Shown one piece after another: positions 47,335 through 56,602 of a stretch of 64,000 nucleotides of DNA. How positions within the stretch are numbered: position 1 is the stretch's first letter; every line of letters begins with the position of its first letter. Source of the stretch: Cyclobacteriaceae bacterium. Lineage in GTDB: Bacteria > Bacteroidota > Bacteroidia > Cytophagales > Cyclobacteriaceae. The stretch is from positions 13,733 to 77,732 of the forward strand of contig JALHRJ010000019.1 of NCBI GenBank assembly GCA_022841475.1, in the 5' to 3' direction. A program made the translations under genes and the position numbers. Below the pieces are notes generated by a model, which had not been told where the DNA came from, did no database searches, and saw only the letters and a program-made list of their open reading frames with translations.

Positions 47335-48129
47335 TCAGGGCAGGTTAAGAATTCGCCTTATCTCAATTAAGGAGTGGGTATAAATTTTTGATTCGGCTCT
47401 CAAAATTCCTTCTTCCATCAGGTGATCGATACGCACCTTTCCATCACAATGAATAATCTTTTGATCGTTCAATACAATGCCAGCATGCATTTCATTCCCT
47501 GATTGACCTTTAAAGAAAGCGATATCACCGGCACAACAATCATCCAGAGAAGTTATCTTTTTGCCTTCCGTAATCTGTCGATCAAAATTACGAGGCAGCA
47601 TAAAGCCGGCAATTTTAAATACCATCTGAACAAATCCAGCCGCATCAATACCAAATGGACTTTTACCTCCCGCCAGGTAAGGAGCATTTAAATATTTGAG
47701 AGCAATAGATTTTAAAAATTCATACTCACGCTTTTGGCCCAAACTTTTGGATTCTCCATTGAATGCAAATTGTTCTTCCAGTTTAAAAAGTTCTGAATTT
47801 GAAATCGGCACAATACTACCTATCAGAATTGTTAACGGGCTTTTCTTGAAGAGAATACTGCACGTAAGATCGGTGGTGATTTTAAAATTAGCATGATTAA
47901 TTTGCTCAAAATATTCGTGCGTTATGCCATGGTGCTGCTCCGCCTGTATCCACCCCTCCGAACCATCAAAATGAATTCGGATAAAAACCCAATCCTTGTG
48001 ATCGGGAACATTTAATACCTCATAATGATCACCAAACAATAATTGCGTAGCCAATGGGGCATGTTCTTGCGGGGCATGGCGAACCGAAACCAGAGACAAT
48101 CTGCAAACTCCATAGCCTAATACATCCAT
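47335..48129 (-). CDS. SH3 + NlpC/P60 (C40) family protein with catalytic Cys replaced
   Basis: YLAGGKSPFGIDAAG in place of YxWGG...DCSG; both His residues retained (MHAG, IIH). Confidence 0.85.
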   Translation of the reverse strand: MDVLGYGVCRLSLVSVRHAPQEHAPLATQLLFGDHYEVLNVPDHKDWVFIRIHFDGSEGWIQAEQHHGITHEYFEQINHANFKITTDLTCSILFKKSPLTILIGSIVPISNSELFKLEEQFAFNGESKSLGQKREYEFLKSIALKYLNAPYLAGGKSPFGIDAAGFVQMVFKIAGFMLPRNFDRQITEGKKITSLDDCCAGDIAFFKGQSGNEMHAGIVLNDQKIIHCDGKVRIDHLMEEGILRAESKIYTHSLIEIRRILNLP

Positions 48130-48139
48130 GCAAAAATGA

Positions 48140-48604
48140 TTAACCGATTTTAATTCTGCTCAATTCTCTTTTTATGTCGCGTTCTTTAATGCCTTCGCGC
48201 TTATCATGTGTTTTCTTTCCACGGGCCAAAGCAATCTCCAGTTTAGCCAGCCCACGATCAGTGATAAAAATACGAATCGGAATTAACGCCAACCCTTTTT
48301 CCTCCACTTTTGATTCCAACTTTTTTAGTTCTGTCTTCTTCAGTAAAAGTTTTCGTTCGCGGCCAGCCTCATGATTATAATGAGTCCCCTGCGCATAGGG
48401 TGTGATATTTATGCCTCTTGCAAATATTTCACCGTTATTAAAGTAACAATATCCATCTTGCAAATTCACCTTTCCCTCACGAATAGATTTAATTTCGGTT
48501 CCGCGCAAAGCAATACCCGCTATGTATTTATCCAGGAGTTCATACTGAAATGTTGCCTGCTTGTTTCGAATATTAATATCGCTCGAAAATCTCTTTTCTG
48601 CCAT
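48140..48604 (-). CDS. smpB: SsrA-binding protein
   Basis: NKQATFQY, AGIALRGTEIKSIR, RKLLLKK, GKKTHDKR. Confidence 0.96.
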   Translation of the reverse strand: MAEKRFSSDINIRNKQATFQYELLDKYIAGIALRGTEIKSIREGKVNLQDGYCYFNNGEIFARGINITPYAQGTHYNHEAGRERKLLLKKTELKKLESKVEEKGLALIPIRIFITDRGLAKLEIALARGKKTHDKREGIKERDIKRELSRIKIG

Positions 48605-48614
48605 GGGTAAGTAC

Positions 48615-49010
48615 CTACTTGTAGGGATGATTAAACAAACTACTTAACTTTTCCTTCTTGAGCATTTTTTGCCCAGTCTTTCCCGAGGCAATCAACCGCG
48701 CTCCACAAACAGCCTCAATGTTACAAATTAACTCATTATTTCGTATTGACTCAATTGTGGCTGTTATCGATACTTCATCGCCTACACGTGCCGGATTTTT
48801 ATGTTCAATAGTCAGGAAAGTGCCCACGCCTTCTTCATCATCTTCCTTCATTTCAATAAAAAACAACCGGGATGACCACTCAAAATCCCGCGCTAAGGCA
48901 AAAGTAGAATAAACAGGGTGCAAAACCTCACCATGAAAAGCCGCCACATCTGCCTCACTGACATTCTTTGTATATACTTTCTTATCGCCTGGCTTATAGA
49001 TCAATTTCAT
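48615..49010 (-). CDS. Hot-dog fold thioesterase (FlK-like)
   Basis: VYST..L...E...GVGT.L.IEH pattern; start set at MKLIYKPG. Confidence 0.8.
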   Translation of the reverse strand: MKLIYKPGDKKVYTKNVSEADVAAFHGEVLHPVYSTFALARDFEWSSRLFFIEMKEDDEEGVGTFLTIEHKNPARVGDEVSITATIESIRNNELICNIEAVCGARLIASGKTGQKMLKKEKLSSLFNHPYK

Positions 49011-49011
49011 A

Positions 49012-50019
49012 TTAATCGATTGAAAGGTTAGCGAGTGGAGCAACATCCAGCGGACTGAACTTGTTTTCTAGAAATTTATAGTGTGCAGCCATGGCAATCA
49101 TTGCAGCGTTGTCGGTGCAATATTGAAAATCAGGAATAAAAGTTTTCCACGAATATTTTTTTGCATACTCCAACAAGGTCTTTCGCAATTCGGAGTTGGC
49201 AGCAACACCACCCGCAATCGCTATTTGCTTTATACCGGTTTCGTCACTTGCTTTTTTTAATTTTTGCATCAACATGCCAATCAAATGCTTTTGCAAGCTG
49301 GCGCAAATATCGTTCCGTCTGTTTTCAACAAAGTTGGGATTAATCAACTTCTGATCGCGCAGAAAATATAGGAATGCAGTTTTGATTCCACTAAAAGAAA
49401 AATCCAGATCTGGAATTGAGGTCTGTGGAAATTGAAATGCACTGCTGTTACCCAACCGGGCATATTGATCAATTAACGGTCCGCCCGGATAAGGAAAGCC
49501 CATCATCTTGGCTGCTTTGTCGAACGCCTCGCCCACTGCATCATCACGAGTTTCTCCAATCACATTCATATGCAGATAATCCTCTACCTGAACCAGTTGT
49601 GTATGACCGCCACTTACCGTTAAGCAAAGAAAAGGAAAGGCAGGTTTTGGATCGGAAATAAAATGTGCCAACACGTGCGCCTCCATGTGGTTTACTTCAA
49701 TTAATGGAATACCCAGCCCCATTGCCATGCCTTTTGCAAATGATACCCCAACCAGCAATGAACCCAGCAATCCAGGGCCACGGGTAAAGGCTATTGCATT
49801 TAACGAGGCAGTTGAGATACCGGAAGACGTTAATGCTTCGTTAACTACATGTAGAATATGCTGTTGGTGTGCACGTGAGGCAAGCTCGGGCACGACACCG
49901 CCATATTTCTGGTGCACTGTTTGTGAGGCAATTACATTATTAAGTACCTTGCCATGTTGTATAACCGAAGCAGAAGTTTCATCACAGGAGGACTCGATGG
50001 CAAGAATTACAGGCTGCAT
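49012..50019 (-). CDS. tsaD: tRNA N6-adenosine threonylcarbamoyltransferase subunit
   Basis: LAIESSCDET, ELASRAH, NHMEAH, SGGHT, DDAVGEAFDK, TDNAAMI; start set at MQPVILA. Confidence 0.96.
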   Translation of the reverse strand: MQPVILAIESSCDETSASVIQHGKVLNNVIASQTVHQKYGGVVPELASRAHQQHILHVVNEALTSSGISTASLNAIAFTRGPGLLGSLLVGVSFAKGMAMGLGIPLIEVNHMEAHVLAHFISDPKPAFPFLCLTVSGGHTQLVQVEDYLHMNVIGETRDDAVGEAFDKAAKMMGFPYPGGPLIDQYARLGNSSAFQFPQTSIPDLDFSFSGIKTAFLYFLRDQKLINPNFVENRRNDICASLQKHLIGMLMQKLKKASDETGIKQIAIAGGVAANSELRKTLLEYAKKYSWKTFIPDFQYCTDNAAMIAMAAHYKFLENKFSPLDVAPLANLSID

Positions 50020-50028
50020 TTTTAGCAA

Positions 50029-53000
50029 ATGAAACTGCAAGTTACCAAAATTCGCGTTTTAAACTGGCTCAAGAACATTCTGCTGTACGGAATCTACTTT
50101 GTGCTGTTGTTTACGGTAGTGAGTTTTGGCCTCTTTCAGATTCCACAAGTACAAAAAAATCTGGCCGAGCGGCTCACCTCCAAATTCTCTCAACTTTCAG
50201 GCTTCAACATTCGGTATGATCGGCTTTACCTGATCTGGTACGATCGCCTTGAAATTAACGGACTGATAATTGAAGATCCTGCCCATCATAAGATGATTGA
50301 AATTGACCGCCTTCAGGTTAATTTCAGTCTCTCCACTCTTTTTCAAAGCAAAGAAATTAATATCGATGGTGTTACCTTGGAAGAAGGCAATGTCAATCTT
50401 GTAAAAATCTTCGAGACAGATTCCACACGCGATTTTAACATTAACCTCTTCATTAACGAAATCAATAAACAACTGTCATCAGGGAAAGGCCAGGGCGGCT
50501 CCGCTAAATTGAATATCGGTGAAATAGTAATTCACAAAACCAATTTCAGATTGGATGACCCTTTAAAAGATTCATTGAAGCATGCCTTTGATTATAATCA
50601 CATCCAAATTCATATTGATGAGGCGGAAGCTGGTAACTTCAAAGTGATAGGCGATACGATTCAGTTTAAACTGAATACCTTGATTGCTGAAGAAAAAAAC
50701 TGTGGCCTTCCTATCCACAACTTTTCTACCTTCTTTAGAATCTCTCAGACATCGATGGAGTTTTTAGGTATAAACGCAAAGCTTGGCGAAAGTATAATAA
50801 CTGATTCCCTCATTTTTAACTACCAAAGCATGGTGGATATGAATGACTTTAACAATCGTGTTAACATTAAAGCGAAACTTCGTAATACAATACTCAGTCC
50901 TCAAGATCTTGTTTTATTTACTCCCGGAACAAAACCTTTGCCCCTACCCATCTATCTCAATGGCACAATTTCCGGAAAAGTCTCCCGCTTCTCTTACCAA
51001 AACATGGATGTGATACTTGGCAACACCAAAATGAAAGGGAGCCTTCAAATGGATGGATTGCCTTCCCTCAGTGAAACATTTATCAATCTGAATGTAAAGG
51101 AAGGGGATATCGACATCCATAATCTTGATTTTCTTTTTCCTAATAAAATATTCGAACGCCTGTCGCACCTTGGAAGGTTTCGGTTGACGGGAAAATTTAC
51201 CGGGTTCGTCAATGACTTTGTTGCCAATGGAGATTTCCGCGGGCAGTTTGGGCAAATAAAATCTGATATAAACTTAAAAATAGACACAACGTTTTTAGAA
51301 CAATCAACCTACAGCGGCAACTTGTATCTGAATAAATTTGATTTGGGTATTCTACTCCGCGATACCATGACATTTCAAAAAGTAACACTGAACGGAAGAA
51401 TAGATGGTAAGGGCCTTACTCAGGAAACTGCTGATTTCAGTTTGATCGGAAAAATTAACTCTATTGGAATTCGATTTTACGACTACATTAATATTGCTAC
51501 CGATGCACGTTTCGCCAAGCAACTTTTTAGTGGAGCATTATCTATTGACGACCCCAACCTAAAACTAACCGCGACCGGCTCCATTAATATTCGTCAAGGG
51601 CAAGAGCTTATCAACATAGAAGCTCAGCTAGACACCCTATTCACAAAACCTATTGGCTTTACCCGGGATCATGTGTTCCTTAGCACCTCAGCCAACATCA
51701 ATACCAAAGGCTTACAATTAGATAGTTTGTTTGGTAAAATACGTTTACAAAAAACTTACCTTGAATATAAAGATCGGTCACTCGCAATAGATTCAATCTC
51801 TTTAAATTCATCTCTTCAGGATAATATTCGTAACCTGAACTTACGAAGTGCTTTCGCGAGCGTGGATTTAACGGGTGACTTTTATTATTCTACCCTGTTT
51901 CAGGATATTCAGAAGTTAGTCAAAGAGTTTCAACTTAATGTTAAAAATAACAAAGAAGAAACGAAGGCCTATTATGCCAGCAAGTCAACCGATACGCAAC
52001 AATATGAAGCTGATTTTGACATCGCGCTTTTAAGAATAAACCCCGTTTTGGATTTATTTAATCTTGACTTACATCTTTCTAATGGAACGACAATTGAAGG
52101 TAACTTTTCCAATGGATACACCTCACTCCTACAAGCGTTTACACAGATCGATACAGTTACGTACCAGGGTAAAAATTTTATCAGTAATCAGATAGAGTTT
52201 TCTGGATCTAAGATTAGAGACAGCACAACAGTATTAGCTATGCTTACCATCGACTCTAAAAGGCAAGAGCTTAGCAAAGCCTTTATTGTTAAGGATTTCT
52301 TTTCAGAAGCCATCTGGAATAAAAATCATATCGATCTGAATATTGAATTGGATCAGGAAGGCTCAACAAATTATGTTCGGCTGCAATCGGAAATTGATTT
52401 CCTGACAGACAGCACCCGAATAAAGATACTCCCTACAAAATTCCAACTGTTAGATAAAATATGGCTCATTAGTCCACAAAACTATAGCCTGATAAAAAAT
52501 AAGGAATGGCAAATTCATAATTTGAAATTATTTAACAATGAAGAGTCAGTTCTATTGGAAGGTAGAATCTCTCAGGATCCTGAACAAATGCTGAGGTTGT
52601 CTTTGGATAATCTGGATTTAAGTATTTTAAATTCGATTATTACTACTTCGTTGGGTGGGGTAGTTAATGGCAATGTTGAGGTAAAAGATGTCTATCAGGA
52701 TTTCTTTCTTCAAAATAATATAACCGTAAAAGACCTTGTGGTTGATAAGTTTCTGGTGGGTGATTTGACCGGCACCAACATCTGGAACCGTGATAAAAGA
52801 TTATTTGATATTGAATTTTTTATCGATCGGCTGGAAAAGAGAACTCTAACGGTAAATGGTTATTATAATCCAAAGGAGAAAAGCCCACTTAACCTGACTG
52901 CCAAATTGGAGGAGACCAACATCAAACTGATTGAACCCTTTTTGCAAGGTATTTTCTCACAAATGGATGGCAACCTTTCAGGATCGTATGAAATTACTGG

Positions 53001-54597
53001 CACGTTTGGGCAACCTCTCATTGAGGGTGAAGGCAAAATCGATCGCGGTCAGATCATGATCGACTATTTACGAACCCTCCATACTTTTAATGGCACACTC
53101 GCCATGAATCATAATCAAATCATTTTTAAAGAATTTACCTTGTTTGACAGACTCGGCAACCGTGGTTCTTTGGATGGCTATCTCACACACCGCAACTACA
53201 CCAAATTCAGAATAAACCTGGATGCGGCATTTACCAATTTTCAAACCTTGAATACCACATCAAAAGATAATAGCTTGTTTTATGGACAAGCCAACGCAAC
53301 AGGCAATCTAAACATGTTCGGGCCGCTATCTAACATGAAAATATCAGCAACTGCCCGAACTTCAAAAGGGACCCGAATATACATCCCCATTAGTGGTTCC
53401 GAATCTGTTGAGAAAAGTGATTTCATCTCGTTCGTTCACTTTAACGATACACTCCAGAATATTGCGCAGGAAAAAAAGAAAAAACCTATATCACAAGATC
53501 CCTCCGGAATTATTCTGGATCTGAACCTGGATATAACACCAGACGCTTATACTGAAATCATATTTGACATTAAGGCTGGTGATATTGTTCGTGGTTATGG
53601 CTACGGTGATATAAAATTGCAAATTGATACAAAGGGAGAGTTTAACATGTTTGGACTTTACGAATTCGAACAGGGATATTACAATTTCACTCTGTTTGAT
53701 ATCATCAATAAAGAATTTAGCATTACGAAAGGCAGCCGTATCAGTTGGTATGGCGACCCTTATGCCGGTATACTAAATTTAACAGCCAGCTACAGGCAGA
53801 TGGCTTCCCTCGGACCGATCATCCCAAATCAAACCGAAACAGTAGTTTCATCGCCACAGGTACGCAGAAAATATCCTGTAGAGGTACAATTAAAATTAGA
53901 TGGCCCCATGCTCTCCCCTCAAATTGTATTTGATATTGTAGCGAATAACCTGCCCGATAATATTACTACCGATGACGGAACGCTGGTTCAACTTGACTTT
54001 GCGTTTAAAGCTTTCAAAGCTAAACTCGATGAACAAGAATTAAATCGCCAGGTATTTAGTTTACTTATCCTTCGAAGGTTTTCACCTCCGGATGCCTTTA
54101 GTACCAGCGGTTCTATTTCCAACAGTGTAAGTGAGCTTCTTTCTAATCAATTAAGTTATTGGTTAACACAAGTAGACCAAAATCTTGAGATTGATTTAGA
54201 TCTTGGTACCTTGGATAATGAAGCCTTCAATACCTTTCAATTGAGACTCTCCTATTCATTTCTGAATGGTAGACTTCGCGTAACGCGTGATGGTTCGTTT
54301 AATAACGAATACAATCGTTCGGACATAGCCAATATGTTGGGCGATTGGACTGTGGATTATGTTCTTACAGCAGATGGAAAATTTAAGGTGAAGATGTATA
54401 GCCGATCCAACTATAGCCAGATTAACAATACACTCGGCACACAAACTGCCGTTACCACGGGTGTGAGTTTGTTACATACCCAGAGCTTCAACCAATTAAA
54501 AGATCTGCTGACGATGGCCCGGGATAGAAGAAGAAAAGAAATGCTGGATAATCCTATTAATGAGGACGCATTACCAGAAGAGGATGGAACACAGTAG
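50029..54597 (+). CDS. Translocation/assembly module TamB-like protein
   Basis: N-terminal TM anchor, long beta-taenia repeats, C-terminal DUF490-like region; divergent from tsaD. Confidence 0.85.
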   Translation: MKLQVTKIRVLNWLKNILLYGIYFVLLFTVVSFGLFQIPQVQKNLAERLTSKFSQLSGFNIRYDRLYLIWYDRLEINGLIIEDPAHHKMIEIDRLQVNFSLSTLFQSKEINIDGVTLEEGNVNLVKIFETDSTRDFNINLFINEINKQLSSGKGQGGSAKLNIGEIVIHKTNFRLDDPLKDSLKHAFDYNHIQIHIDEAEAGNFKVIGDTIQFKLNTLIAEEKNCGLPIHNFSTFFRISQTSMEFLGINAKLGESIITDSLIFNYQSMVDMNDFNNRVNIKAKLRNTILSPQDLVLFTPGTKPLPLPIYLNGTISGKVSRFSYQNMDVILGNTKMKGSLQMDGLPSLSETFINLNVKEGDIDIHNLDFLFPNKIFERLSHLGRFRLTGKFTGFVNDFVANGDFRGQFGQIKSDINLKIDTTFLEQSTYSGNLYLNKFDLGILLRDTMTFQKVTLNGRIDGKGLTQETADFSLIGKINSIGIRFYDYINIATDARFAKQLFSGALSIDDPNLKLTATGSINIRQGQELINIEAQLDTLFTKPIGFTRDHVFLSTSANINTKGLQLDSLFGKIRLQKTYLEYKDRSLAIDSISLNSSLQDNIRNLNLRSAFASVDLTGDFYYSTLFQDIQKLVKEFQLNVKNNKEETKAYYASKSTDTQQYEADFDIALLRINPVLDLFNLDLHLSNGTTIEGNFSNGYTSLLQAFTQIDTVTYQGKNFISNQIEFSGSKIRDSTTVLAMLTIDSKRQELSKAFIVKDFFSEAIWNKNHIDLNIELDQEGSTNYVRLQSEIDFLTDSTRIKILPTKFQLLDKIWLISPQNYSLIKNKEWQIHNLKLFNNEESVLLEGRISQDPEQMLRLSLDNLDLSILNSIITTSLGGVVNGNVEVKDVYQDFFLQNNITVKDLVVDKFLVGDLTGTNIWNRDKRLFDIEFFIDRLEKRTLTVNGYYNPKEKSPLNLTAKLEETNIKLIEPFLQGIFSQMDGNLSGSYEITGTFGQPLIEGEGKIDRGQIMIDYLRTLHTFNGTLAMNHNQIIFKEFTLFDRLGNRGSLDGYLTHRNYTKFRINLDAAFTNFQTLNTTSKDNSLFYGQANATGNLNMFGPLSNMKISATARTSKGTRIYIPISGSESVEKSDFISFVHFNDTLQNIAQEKKKKPISQDPSGIILDLNLDITPDAYTEIIFDIKAGDIVRGYGYGDIKLQIDTKGEFNMFGLYEFEQGYYNFTLFDIINKEFSITKGSRISWYGDPYAGILNLTASYRQMASLGPIIPNQTETVVSSPQVRRKYPVEVQLKLDGPMLSPQIVFDIVANNLPDNITTDDGTLVQLDFAFKAFKAKLDEQELNRQVFSLLILRRFSPPDAFSTSGSISNSVSELLSNQLSYWLTQVDQNLEIDLDLGTLDNEAFNTFQLRLSYSFLNGRLRVTRDGSFNNEYNRSDIANMLGDWTVDYVLTADGKFKVKMYSRSNYSQINNTLGTQTAVTTGVSLLHTQSFNQLKDLLTMARDRRRKEMLDNPINEDALPEEDGTQ

Positions 54598-55504
54598 TGG
54601 ATGTTCCACACGCAATTTTACGTATAGACTTCAAGGTGCAGCCCTGACGCTCGTGTTCCTGATCAGCTTTTTCGCTGGTTTTTCCCAGGTAAATGATTCG
54701 TTACCAAAAGTTAATTCAACAAGGTTAAAGACAGTTATTATTGGATCAGCCGTTGCCTATACCGGAACTATGATTGGTCTTAATTCAATCTGGTATAGTC
54801 AATATGATCGGCAGTCATTTAAATTCTTTAACGATGCTGGTGAGTGGAAGCAAATGGATAAAGTGGGGCACTTCTATTCTGCTTTTCAGATATCTTCCAT
54901 AGGTTCACGTTCGCTGCAGTGGAGTGGGGTTTCAAAAAAGAAATCGGATTTAGCTGGAGCTATAACAAGTTTTGCCGTGATGTCTTCCATCGAAGTGCTG
55001 GATGGCTTTTCGGCAGGCTATGGCGCTTCGGCAAGTGATCTGCTTGCCAATGCATTAGGTTCAGGATTTTACCTGGGGCAGCAGGCCCTATGGAAGGAAA
55101 CAAGACTCTATCCTAAATTCTCCTTTCATCGCACAGCCTATGCCCCACAACGACCCGAAACATTGGGGTCCGGACTTTTGGAAGAGATTATTAAAGACTA
55201 CAACGGCCAAACCTATTGGTTAACGGCCGATGTAGATAAGTTTATCAGATTTCCAAAATGGCTTAATATCTCTATAGGCTATGGTGCCGAAGGAATGCTC
55301 TATGCCAATGATGAAAATAATCTTGCCAATGGTCTTCAGCCCTACCGGCAACTTTTTATCGGTGTTGATTTTGATCTTACAGCAATAAAATCGCGGTCCA
55401 AAGCAGTCAATACATTAATTTACCTTGCGAACATGATTAAACTGCCAGCCCCCACGCTGGAGTTTTCAAATGGAAAGGTAAAAGGTCACTTCTTTTATTT
55501 CTGA
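54560..55504 (+). CDS. DUF2279/YfiM-like protein
   Basis: QMDKVGH, IEVLDGFS..YGAS..DLLAN, KDYNGQTYWL; start uncertain. Confidence 0.75.
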   Translation: MRTHYQKRMEHSSGCSTRNFTYRLQGAALTLVFLISFFAGFSQVNDSLPKVNSTRLKTVIIGSAVAYTGTMIGLNSIWYSQYDRQSFKFFNDAGEWKQMDKVGHFYSAFQISSIGSRSLQWSGVSKKKSDLAGAITSFAVMSSIEVLDGFSAGYGASASDLLANALGSGFYLGQQALWKETRLYPKFSFHRTAYAPQRPETLGSGLLEEIIKDYNGQTYWLTADVDKFIRFPKWLNISIGYGAEGMLYANDENNLANGLQPYRQLFIGVDFDLTAIKSRSKAVNTLIYLANMIKLPAPTLEFSNGKVKGHFFYF

Positions 55505-55559
55505 ACTCTTCCATTAATAGCCTTCCTTTATTAATTTCGAAAACCTAAACCCCAGTCTT

Positions 55560-55958
55560 ATGGACCTAACCGAATTCATGAAAAAATATGCTGATCAAAT
55601 TGGAGGTCAGTTTACTGAATACGATTCCGATCACTCCATTATTATTGTTCCTGTTTCCGGGAATCGTTTTCAAACGGTTATCGGCACCATCAAGAAAAAT
55701 GAGCTTTATAACAGAAGTCTTGTTACCCTAAATTCAAAAGTATGCGCGGTAAATTCGCGATTGGACTTTAAAATGTTACTGGAGCAGTCTGCCTTTTTTA
55801 ATTACTGCCGTTTTGTTATCTCAGAAAATTATTTGCAGATAGAGTCTGTAACAGCCCTGGATACAATATCGGAAGGAACCGTTAAAGAAATGCTTCAGGA
55901 GGTAGCCAACCTGGCGGACCAATATGAGTTAAAGCTCACCGATTCGGATATCCACTGA
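55560..55958 (+). CDS. Hypothetical protein, YbjN/T3SS-chaperone-like fold suspected
   Basis: 132-aa ORF ending EVANLADQYELKLTDSDIH. Confidence 0.55.
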   Translation: MDLTEFMKKYADQIGGQFTEYDSDHSIIIVPVSGNRFQTVIGTIKKNELYNRSLVTLNSKVCAVNSRLDFKMLLEQSAFFNYCRFVISENYLQIESVTALDTISEGTVKEMLQEVANLADQYELKLTDSDIH

Positions 55959-55986
55959 TTCACGTCCCATTCTCAGTTTAAGTACG

Positions 55987-55994
55987 TAAATTTG
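55987..55994 (+). promoter_or_regulatory. Bacteroidota -7 promoter element for rnpB
   Basis: TAAATTTG matches TAnnTTTG, 6 bp before P1. Confidence 0.65.
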
Positions 55995-56000
55995 CACTAA

Positions 56001-56386
56001 TGCAAGCCGGCTTATCGCGCTCCGCCAGCTGGCGGAGGGAGGAAAGTCCGGGCAACACAGAGCATCGTACTTCCTAACAGGAAGGTCCGCCAGCTGGCGG
56101 AACAGATAGTGCCACAGAAAACAAACTACTCTTGCCTTAGGCGAGGGAAAAGGTGAAAAGGCGGGGTAAGAGCCCACCGCTTTGATGGTGACATCAAAGG
56201 CATGGTAAACCTTACGAGTTGAAAGGCCAAATAGGTCACGCTCACGAAAGTGATTAGCTGCTCGCTAATAGTTTATCTGGCGTGATTGGGTAGGCTGCTT
56301 GATCCTGATGGCAACGTCAGGGCTAGATAAATGATAGGCACCCTGACGGAACCGTCAGGGAACAGAACCCGGCTTATAGGCTTGCA
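56001..56386 (+). ncRNA. rnpB: RNase P RNA (type A)
   Basis: GAGGAAAGTCCGGGC, AGTGCCACAGAAA, GGTAAACC, AACAGAACCCGGCTTA conserved regions; P1 TGCAAGCC/GGCTTGCA. Confidence 0.95.
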
Positions 56387-56442
56387 TTATTTTGATTCTA
56401 CATCATCAATAAAATATGTTTCGAAAAAAAATCGAAGATTGT

Positions 56443-56542
56443 GTCAGCCTGAGGTTCTCGAAGGCTATAATGTTTAGTCAGGTCAGTTTTCCATGCCTGT
56501 TCCGCCAACTGGCAGATTCGGCAGACAGGGCCTCAAACTAAC
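56443..56542. repeat. Mosaic of nested palindromic elements downstream of rnpB
   Basis: GTCAGCCTGAGGTTCTCGAAGG arm; CCTGT-[TCCGCCAACTGGCAGA]-TTCG-GCAGACAGG; degenerate partner arm GCCTCAAACTAAC. Confidence 0.55.
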
Positions 56543-56602
56543 AACGTAGATAGTTTTATGTAATAAGTTTAAATTATAGAATTAGATCTAAACTGTAAAC
56601 CT

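Noticed and set aside
48140-48700. tmRNA (ssrA) near smpB
   Set aside because: No GGGG..ACCA/TΨC-like ends or free space found; the flanks are coding.
56120-56360. Other rnpB hairpins (P12 CTTGCC-TTA-GGCGAG; P19 CCCTGACGG-AA-CCGTCAGGG) as more inserted elements
   Set aside because: These are expected native helices and have no second copy in the window.
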